Assembly (NCBI RefSeq): GCF_937958655.1
Contig: NZ_CALGNH010000025.1
Coordinates: 31,622 to 95,621 of the forward strand
Length of the DNA: 64,000 nucleotides
Reading direction: 5' to 3'
Source: an uncultured Winogradskyella sp.
GTDB lineage: Bacteria > Bacteroidota > Bacteroidia > Flavobacteriales > Flavobacteriaceae
A program made the position numbers and the translations under genes. Each line of letters starts with the position of its first letter. The stretch's first letter is position 1. The notes beneath the pieces were generated by a model. The model searched no databases and was not told where the DNA came from. It worked only from the letters and a program-made list of their open reading frames with translations. Below are positions 44,832-52,067 of this stretch, one piece after another.

Positions 44832-45197
44832 CTACTGCGGTTTGTTTTTATTAATTTCATTTAAAAGTGTCTCAATATCCTTTACATCCACATCATTTTT
44901 TTGAACAAAAAAGGATACCATACTTTTAAAAGAGCCTTGAAAATAATTATCTACCAGCTTATTAATCGATTGATTGCTATAGGATTCTTTAGCAACAACT
45001 GGAAAATAGAAGTGACCTTTGCCCTGTTTTTCATGATCCACAAAGCCTTTAGATTCTAAAATCCTCACAATTGTTGATACGGTGTTGTAGGCTGGTTTTG
45101 GTTCTGGTAAAACTTGGATAATGGTCTTTACATTGGCTTTTTTGAGCTGCCAAAGCGCTTGCATTATTTCCTCTTCTGCTTTAGTAAGTTGCTTCAT
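44832..45197 (-). CDS. BlaI/MecI/CopY-family transcriptional repressor (second copy)
   Basis: MKQLTKAEEEIMQALW..YNTVSTIVRILE... The upstream codons (to 45215) run into a REP hairpin, so I prefer the ATG at 45197 or 45203. Confidence 0.8.
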   Translation of the reverse strand: MKQLTKAEEEIMQALWQLKKANVKTIIQVLPEPKPAYNTVSTIVRILESKGFVDHEKQGKGHFYFPVVAKESYSNQSINKLVDNYFQGSFKSMVSFFVQKNDVDVKDIETLLNEINKNKPQ

Positions 45198-45293
45198 ATT
45201 CATTTCCCAACTCAATTGGGAATCTTGTTAAGTTAGACTTTCATTTTTCGATCTTATATAAAAACATTAAATATTACTAGCTTATATGTTAAG

Positions 45294-45314
45294 ATCCTGA
45301 AACAAGTTCAGGAT
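45294..45314. repeat. REP-like palindrome ATCCTGAAacaagTTCAGGAT
   Basis: Perfect 8-bp arms. Same family as 26083..26103. Confidence 0.6.
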
Positions 45315-45354
45315 ACGAAATATGATTATAAAATTTAATTACACTGCCAATATA

Positions 45355-45386
45355 ACTAAAAAATTAGTTTAAACTAATTTTTTAGT
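45355..45386. promoter_or_regulatory. 32-bp perfect palindrome made of two ACTAA-N4-TTAGT dyads (candidate operator)
   Basis: The sequence is ACTAAAAAATTAGTTTAAACTAATTTTTTAGT. It sits in the divergent spacer between blaI copy 2 and the DUF456 gene. Confidence 0.5.
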
Positions 45387-45442
45387 TTAAACTGTAACTT
45401 TTGTTACTGTGCTGCGTCATATAATCGATCAGAAAAATTATT

Positions 45443-45934
45443 ATGGAAATTGTATTAATTATTATTGCTTTAGCGTTGATGATACTTGGAATATTAGGAA
45501 GCTTTCTTCCTGTTATTCCCGGCCCACTTACAAGTTGGGCTGGGCTTTTGGTTTTAAATTTTACAGATGGTGTAGAACTAAGTCTTACCTTTTTGATTAT
45601 TACACTGCTTTTTGCGCTGTTTATTTATGTGTTAGATTATATGATACCTGCGGTTGGAACCAAACGTTTTGGAGGAAGTAGAGCCGGAATTATTGGCACT
45701 ACAATTGGATTAATTGCAGGATTGATAACTCCTATCCCCTATGGTATTATTATTGGGCCTTTTATTGGTGCATTTATTGGAGAAATGATTCATAGAAATG
45801 ATATGGAAAAAGCTCTCAAAGCTGCTTTTGGTTCTTTTTTAGGATTTTTAGCTTCTACATTCTTAAAATTTATTGTGGCTATTATTTACTTAGGCTTTTT
45901 TATCTCAAAACTTACCGAACATAGTGCGTATTGA
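45443..45934 (+). CDS. DUF456-like membrane protein
   Basis: 163 aa. ..LGSFLPVIPGPLTSWAGLL.. and GxxxG-rich helices. Confidence 0.65.
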   Translation: MEIVLIIIALALMILGILGSFLPVIPGPLTSWAGLLVLNFTDGVELSLTFLIITLLFALFIYVLDYMIPAVGTKRFGGSRAGIIGTTIGLIAGLITPIPYGIIIGPFIGAFIGEMIHRNDMEKALKAAFGSFLGFLASTFLKFIVAIIYLGFFISKLTEHSAY

Positions 45935-45966
45935 TATAATAACGCACTTCGCTTTATCGCATAAAA

Positions 45967-45996
45967 AAACCCGGTTACAAAAATGTAACCAGGTTT
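45967..45996. terminator. Bidirectional rho-independent terminator
   Basis: AAACCCGGTTACA-aaaa-TGTAACCAGGTTT has an A-run on one side and a T-run on the other. Confidence 0.7.
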
Positions 45997-46195
45997 AATT
46001 TTCTTGCTATTAACTCAACAATTACTTAAAAAGGATTAATTAATTCTTGTTGACTTGATGTAAATATATATAACATCTTTAAGTTTTTATTGCGGTAAAA
46101 CCGCAGACTTCATGCGGAAAAACCATACTTTGCAGCAAACACAGTACTTTAGAGACTTTTTTAATAGGTGAAAATGTGCGTTTTTTTTGGTTTTT

Positions 46196-46864
46196 TTATA
46201 AATAACCTTTCTCTTTAGCTTCAATAAGTAAGGTTTCATCCTTTCCATCCTTAATTGAAAACAACAATTTTAATTGTTTTTTTCTTTTTTCTATAGCGCT
46301 GGTAGACAACGGAATATAATCTGATAGACTTTTTGTTTTTATACCTTGAGACAATAAATGCAAAATCTTTCTATTAACATCATCTACATATATTTGATTA
46401 CGAATCGTTTTTTTTATGAAGTTGTTTACTGTACTACTGTAATACGGTGGAGACCTTAAAATCTGCTGAAAAGCATCGGCCAATTCCATTGACGTTAAAT
46501 CACTTTTAATTAAAAATCCATCTGGATTTATTTCTTTAATAATATTATGGACTCTAAACGATTCATTAAACATAGTAAGAATAATGATTTTAGATTCTGG
46601 CATTACATTTTTGGCGAGTAAAGCCAAATCCTCACCAGAGGTAAAACTACCATCTTCTGATGGTGGTAAGCTAATGTCAAAAAAACACACATCGTAAGGT
46701 GTGTTTTTAGCTGCTCTATTAATCATGATCTGTGCTGTGTCACAGTTATTGGCTGTGTCTATAAGTAGTGTTTGATCATCATCTTTTGTGGACATTAAAA
46801 CATTTTGGTAACCCTCAATTATTATTGGATGGTCATCTACCATTAAAATGTTGATATGTTTCAT
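46196..46864 (-). CDS. LuxR/NarL-family response regulator
   Basis: Receiver domain (ILMVDDHP.., FFDISLP, ..IKSD). C-terminal LuxR-type HTH. I prefer the ATG at 46864 over the TTG at 46876. Confidence 0.8.
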   Translation of the reverse strand: MKHINILMVDDHPIIIEGYQNVLMSTKDDDQTLLIDTANNCDTAQIMINRAAKNTPYDVCFFDISLPPSEDGSFTSGEDLALLAKNVMPESKIIILTMFNESFRVHNIIKEINPDGFLIKSDLTSMELADAFQQILRSPPYYSSTVNNFIKKTIRNQIYVDDVNRKILHLLSQGIKTKSLSDYIPLSTSAIEKRKKQLKLLFSIKDGKDETLLIEAKEKGYL

Positions 46865-46932
46865 TTGTGACAACAAGTATTATTGACAGTGAAAAATTAC
46901 TATAGCATAAATTCTATAAGCTATAGATCATT

Positions 46933-48957
46933 TTATATCGATTGGTTTATATAAGGAATCTCTACACTAACTTTTGTACCCTCACCAACCGCAGATGAAA
47001 TTAAAATTTCACCATCTATATCGGCAACGCGAGACTTCATATTTTTAATACCTATTCCCTTTTTTTGCTTGGAGGTATCAAAGCCTTCTCCATCATCTAT
47101 AATACTTAAGCAAATTACATTTTTTTCTAAAGAAATACTAATTTTAATAGCGTGAGCGTTAGCGTGCTTATAGATATTTTGTAATGATTCTTGCAGAACT
47201 CTATAGATATTAATTTTGGTTTTATTATTTATATTCTCCCAGATAATATCGTCTGTATAGTTAAACTCATATTCTAAATTATAGGCCTGTACTTGGCTAT
47301 GAATAAGTTCTGATACGATGTCTATAAAACCAGATCCTGAAACAAAATCTGTATTTAACTCATGCGATATTTTCCTAATCTCGTTTTCTATGGTTTTTAG
47401 CTGAGCAATATAATTTGCTCTAGTCTCCATAGCTGTTTTACCTTCTTTAAAATTAATACTATCGAGGCTTAGGCGGGTACCAAATAGTCGACCAAGTACA
47501 CCATCATGAAGCTCTTCGGATATCCGTTTTTTTTCTTTAGTTCTGGCTGCTTCAACCTTATCTTGCTGACTCAACATTAAATTATAAATGTCTTCGTTGG
47601 CCTTTTGCTGTACTTGTACTAGTTTTAATTTTCTATTTTTATCGCGCTGGGAGATAAACACATAAATTAAGATCGCAGTTAGTAATAAACTCATAGATAA
47701 AATAGCCAAGTATAGATTTTCTTTTGAGATTTGTTCGTTTTCGGCTTCGAGTTGGTCGGTTTCAAACTCTATTCTAGCGTATTTATTTCTTACATTTCGG
47801 GTCTCGATTAATAAACTATCCGTAAGTCTAATATGCTCTTTCAAATAAGATTTTGCTTTTTCTCCTTCAGTGTTTTCAGCTAATAATAAAAGTGCTTTCT
47901 GTTTTATTTCATTTGCAGAAACTTTAGATGATATTTTTAAAGCTTCATTTGCATATTTATTAACCGAATCCTTTTCTTTTATTGTATCATACAACTTTGA
48001 GAGACGCAAAGAAACATTCATTGTTAGCACTTCATCATCAAGCTTTGTAGTTAAAGTATATGCCTTCATAAATATATCATTTAACCTATCAAAATCATAA
48101 CTTCCTGATTCTAATTTAGTGTCGGCTATATTGGTTAAAATGGTTGGATAAAAAGAAGGATCTTCATTACTATATTTAGACTTTAACGGCAACAAACTTT
48201 CATAAAGCTCAATAGCCTTATTAAAATTACCCATCTGTCTATATACAAATGCTTTATTATTTATAGAATAGACCTCATTAAGAAATCCATCATTTATTTT
48301 CTTTGCAAAAGAGTTAGATATTTCATAATATTCTAAGGCCTTGTTATAATTACCTGTTTCTCTAGATATTATACCCATCAAATTATATGCATTCCATAAT
48401 TTATCAAGACGATTTTGGGTTTCTTTAAGTTGATTTAGAATAATAATAGATTTTACAGCAGCCTCCTCTGCACCAACGTAAATCTTTTCTATCTGCAAAA
48501 TATCAGCAACATAGAGCAAAGCTGTAGCTTTATTTTCAGATATTTCATGTTTAGGATAATATTTTAGTGCCTTTGAGTAATAGTAATATGAACTATCATT
48601 TTGTTCATAAAATCTATAGACAGATCCAAGATTAGAAGTTGCGACTGTTACTGCAGAAGAATCTCTAAGTTTTAATGCCAATTTATAGTTTCTTCTGTTT
48701 AAATCCATGTAATTATCATAATTTTGAGACTCAAAATATAGTAATGACAAATTTCTATTAGCTTTTAAAATGATAGAATCTATGTTTGTTTTCTTTGCTA
48801 ATTCAGAAGATTTTACAGCAAAATTAAATCTTTGGTTAAGATTATTTTTTTTGTCTTGCGATTTATAAATTAAGGCATTTATCGAATCCACAGACTTGCT
48901 TTGTGCAAATCCTGATGTCATCACAATAAATAATATAAGAGTTAAATACCTCAACAA
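46933..48957 (-). CDS. TPR-containing sensor histidine kinase (HisKA_3 plus HATPase)
   Basis: Signal/TM, then ~380 aa of TPR-like repeats, then a TM segment (LAILSMSLLLTAILIYVF). H-box EELHDGVLGRL. ATP-lid motifs DDGEGF and GIGIKNMKSR. Confidence 0.8.
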   Translation of the reverse strand: MLRYLTLILFIVMTSGFAQSKSVDSINALIYKSQDKKNNLNQRFNFAVKSSELAKKTNIDSIILKANRNLSLLYFESQNYDNYMDLNRRNYKLALKLRDSSAVTVATSNLGSVYRFYEQNDSSYYYYSKALKYYPKHEISENKATALLYVADILQIEKIYVGAEEAAVKSIIILNQLKETQNRLDKLWNAYNLMGIISRETGNYNKALEYYEISNSFAKKINDGFLNEVYSINNKAFVYRQMGNFNKAIELYESLLPLKSKYSNEDPSFYPTILTNIADTKLESGSYDFDRLNDIFMKAYTLTTKLDDEVLTMNVSLRLSKLYDTIKEKDSVNKYANEALKISSKVSANEIKQKALLLLAENTEGEKAKSYLKEHIRLTDSLLIETRNVRNKYARIEFETDQLEAENEQISKENLYLAILSMSLLLTAILIYVFISQRDKNRKLKLVQVQQKANEDIYNLMLSQQDKVEAARTKEKKRISEELHDGVLGRLFGTRLSLDSINFKEGKTAMETRANYIAQLKTIENEIRKISHELNTDFVSGSGFIDIVSELIHSQVQAYNLEYEFNYTDDIIWENINNKTKINIYRVLQESLQNIYKHANAHAIKISISLEKNVICLSIIDDGEGFDTSKQKKGIGIKNMKSRVADIDGEILISSAVGEGTKVSVEIPYINQSI

Positions 48958-49022
48958 ACTAAAACACTTTACATCAAAAATAAGCTAAATTTTTACAATT
49001 TGAATTTTGTATAACAACAGAA

Positions 49023-49044
49023 GCTCTCGTTAAAAAACGAGAGC
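49023..49044 (-). terminator. Stem-loop between the small peptide gene and the kinase gene
   Basis: GCTCTCGT-taaaaa-ACGAGAGC is a perfect 8-bp stem. On the minus strand it is followed by a T-rich tract. Confidence 0.5.
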
Positions 49045-49071
49045 CAATTATAATTTTACTTAAAGTTAAAG

Positions 49072-49242
49072 TTAAGCCTGTGTTTCTAATTTCAATTTTT
49101 TCTTATCCACTGCCAAGAAGTCTTTTGGACTATAAGTTTTTATTGTTGATTCATTATCAACAATATCATTATCTGACTTTACACCAGATATAGTTAAAGT
49201 AGCAATGGCAACTAGAGCTAAAGTAATTTTAAGGGTCTTCAT
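49072..49242 (-). CDS. Unannotated 56-aa secreted small protein
   Basis: Hand translation gives MKTLKITLALVAIATLTISGVKSDNDIVDNESTIKTYSPKDFLAVDKKKLKLETQA*. It has an ATG start, a TAA stop and a clear signal peptide. It falls below the ORF-track size cutoff. Confidence 0.5.
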   Translation of the reverse strand: MKTLKITLALVAIATLTISGVKSDNDIVDNESTIKTYSPKDFLAVDKKKLKLETQA

Positions 49243-49826
49243 AAGTATCAATTTAGGGTTTATTAATAGTCAATATAAAATAGTGTAACTCTAATAGTTA
49301 CGCTGAGGGAAGGGAATGGATAATTAACTATTTTTAGGTCTTTACCTAAATGTATACATAAAATTAAACGAGGGATGTTTGCTAGATTATTAAACTAGCT
49401 CATTTTGAATTAATGGAATTTCTCTATGAGTATTTTGAGGGCTTATAAAGAGAGCACAAATATAGATTTATTTTTCTATTCTCCAAAAAAAACATAGCTA
49501 AAATGTGTAATTTATCGGATAAAATACATTTTACGTTTTAAGAATTCATCTTAATTACGGCAAAATGGGTCTAAAACAAAAAAGCATCCCAATTTTCTGA
49601 TTAAAGAAAAAAGGAAAGCCTTTCATTGGTAAAACCAAAGTATCTCTGGTTTTCTACAATTCAGGTATTATCCTGAACTTAACACAACAGGGCAAAAATA
49701 ACTCCCATTACAAACTTTTACAAACATTATATTCATTTTATTGTAATAAAGTCTGTGCGCTTTGCTATTCTAGGCTATTTTATGAGTCGTTCTCAATGTC
49801 TCCAAAACAATTAATAACCATAGATT

Positions 49827-50573
49827 TTATATTAAAAACAATTTAAACGTTGCCAATAGCAATACAATTGCTAAAAGGTAAGTTAAGGTTTTTAAACTAA
49901 ACTTTTGGCTTCCGTAAAGCCCTCCTAGCGCTCCACCTAGCATTACTGCTGGTATAAAATATAAAACGTCATTAGGAATGCTACCACCATTTAATAGAAA
50001 GCCAATAATACCTGCCATTGAATTTACAAAAATAAACAACGCAGATACAGCAGCCGCTTCTTTAACAGTTCCCCAATAAAACATAATAATAATAGGGCTT
50101 AAAATTATACCTCCTCCAATACCAATCATACCAGACAATAAACCAATAATACCTCCAATAACTAAAGCTATGGTCATATTTACAGGTATCGTTTTCTTAG
50201 ATGCACTCCCAAAGACATTGAGAATTCTTAGTATCGCAATAATTAAAAAAACACCAAGTATTTGCTTGTATAAATTTGCATTAACCGAAAAATAGCCTCC
50301 TAAAAATGCAGCAGGAATAGACGTTATCGCAAAAGGAAAAAACAGCCTTAATCTAAAATACGTGTTCTTTTTAAAAAACCAAAACGCAATACCAGAAACA
50401 AAAATGTTTAGCGTTAATGCCGTTGGTTTCATGGCTAAAACCGGAAACGAAAATAGTGCCATTAATGCCAAATAACCACTAGCACCTCCATGCCCAACAC
50501 TAGCATAAATAAACGCAACAACAACAAGTATAATTATAAACAGGAGTAATACCTCTAAATGAAGAATAGCCAT
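49827..50573 (-). CDS. TauE/SafE-family (sulfite exporter-like) membrane protein
   Basis: 248 aa, glycine-rich polytopic (..VGHGGASGYLA.., ..GIGGGIILSP..). Confidence 0.75.
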   Translation of the reverse strand: MAILHLEVLLLFIIILVVVAFIYASVGHGGASGYLALMALFSFPVLAMKPTALTLNIFVSGIAFWFFKKNTYFRLRLFFPFAITSIPAAFLGGYFSVNANLYKQILGVFLIIAILRILNVFGSASKKTIPVNMTIALVIGGIIGLLSGMIGIGGGIILSPIIIMFYWGTVKEAAAVSALFIFVNSMAGIIGFLLNGGSIPNDVLYFIPAVMLGGALGGLYGSQKFSLKTLTYLLAIVLLLATFKLFLI

Positions 50574-50576
50574 AAA

Positions 50577-50879
50577 TTAGCGTTTTATACAGATGATCAG
50601 CTCACCGTTTTTAATAATCGCCTTATCCTTTTGTACTACTAAAAGTACCTTTAGCAATCCATAAGACTTTAGCATAGATAATACTTGAGCTAATGACATA
50701 GAAGCTTACTTAAGAGGCAGTATGTTTATAGATAATAATTCATCTTCCGCTAAAACATAATCTAATACTTTATCTATAGGTTTACAGGCCGCATTTAAAA
50801 GATGAAACTGCTTTTCTATTTGCTTTAAGGTCTGAGTACCAGAAACCGTTAAAAATATAAAACATTTTCCTTCAAATTT
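50577..50879 (-). pseudogene. Probable remnant of molybdopterin molybdenumtransferase moeA (N- and C-terminal fragments only)
   Basis: One frame reads ..TLKQIEKQFHLLNAACKPIDKVLDYVLAEDELLSINILPLK*ASMSLAQVLSMLKSYGLLKVLLVVQKDKAIIKNGELIICIKR*. The first part resembles the MoeA N-terminus (..LAxDVxSPxxxPxF), the second the MoeA C-terminal tail. About 300 aa are missing, there is an in-frame stop and no proper start. Confidence 0.4.
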
Positions 50880-50928
50880 TTAATTGGAAACCATTGTAAA
50901 AATAGAACATCCTTTTCTACAAACATAT

Positions 50929-51942
50929 TTATGTATGTATTTTTCCTTTAATAGATTTAAGATGGCTAACTTTAGTACCTCTCACTACTGCCAATATTTC
51001 AGAAAGGATAGATAAAGCTATTTCTTCTGGTGTTATAGATCCAATATGCAAACCAGCAGGACTAAATATAATGTCAAAAAAAGATTCAGAAATATCCGGA
51101 ACAAAATGAACAAGTTCGTTCTGCAATTGCGCTTTGCGTTTAGAAGATCCTAAAATCCCAATATATTTTGGTTTAAGTGGCTCTAACTTTATTAAATATT
51201 TTAAATCCTTAACATAATTATGAGTCATTAAAACTACAGCTGTTTCATTATCAATAGAAAAATCAATAGTATCTGGCGTTGCTGCAGAAACTGATGTTGA
51301 TCCTGGGAAATCACTCCTGCATTTAGGATCCTTAATTGATGTCACAACATCAACATTCCACCCTAATAAAGATGCCATCGTACACAGTTTTACAGAATCG
51401 TGCTCACCACCAATAATTAAAAGTCTAAAGGGTGGTTGTAATACCTGAGAAAACACATCATTTTCATCCGAATTATCACTATTAAAATTATCTGAAAACA
51501 CAAACCTATTTTCATCCAGTACAATCACAGAACCAAATGCAGTATTAGTGGATTCGCTTGCTTTATAATAAGACTCTATTAGCAAACTTTGACGTTTATT
51601 AAGATGTACTTCAAATTCTGAAATAAACGCTTCAGAAACCCTAAAAGGTTCAATTAATATATATAATACGCCCTCGCAACCCAATCTATAGCGCCCATCA
51701 TAGGTAATTATTTTAGCAATGTTATCTTTAAAAACAGTACTTGCACGTCGTTTAATTTCGTTCTCTACACAGCCACCACTCACTGCACCAGTCATAATTC
51801 CGTTTTCAGAAATTAACATTCTTACACCAGGTTTTCTGTAGGAGGACCCTTCAAGGAAAACAACAGTTGCCATAACACTTTTTAGACCATTGCGCTCGTT
51901 AATTATAGCTTGTGTAATTATAGATTTAAACTCGTGGATCAT
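50929..51942 (-). CDS. XdhC/CoxI-family molybdoenzyme maturation protein
   Basis: 337 aa. ..ATVVFLEGSSYRKPGVRMLI..GAVSGGCVE.. plus the Rossmann-like LLIIGGEHDS. Confidence 0.75.
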   Translation of the reverse strand: MIHEFKSIITQAIINERNGLKSVMATVVFLEGSSYRKPGVRMLISENGIMTGAVSGGCVENEIKRRASTVFKDNIAKIITYDGRYRLGCEGVLYILIEPFRVSEAFISEFEVHLNKRQSLLIESYYKASESTNTAFGSVIVLDENRFVFSDNFNSDNSDENDVFSQVLQPPFRLLIIGGEHDSVKLCTMASLLGWNVDVVTSIKDPKCRSDFPGSTSVSAATPDTIDFSIDNETAVVLMTHNYVKDLKYLIKLEPLKPKYIGILGSSKRKAQLQNELVHFVPDISESFFDIIFSPAGLHIGSITPEEIALSILSEILAVVRGTKVSHLKSIKGKIHT

Positions 51943-52067
51943 TAACTGTGTTTTAATTGCTTAAATTAATTAAAAGCTCTAAACAAATTCATCTTATAAA
52001 GATAAGCGGTTAATTTTAAATAAACCCCTAACTTTTTGTAGTTTTATAAACTTCAAAAATCCATCAG

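Noticed and set aside
45409-45681. 90-aa plus-strand ORF overlapping the DUF456 gene in another frame
   Set aside because: The DUF456 frame gives a coherent membrane protein with family motifs. The alternative frame is Tyr/Cys/Trp-rich noise.
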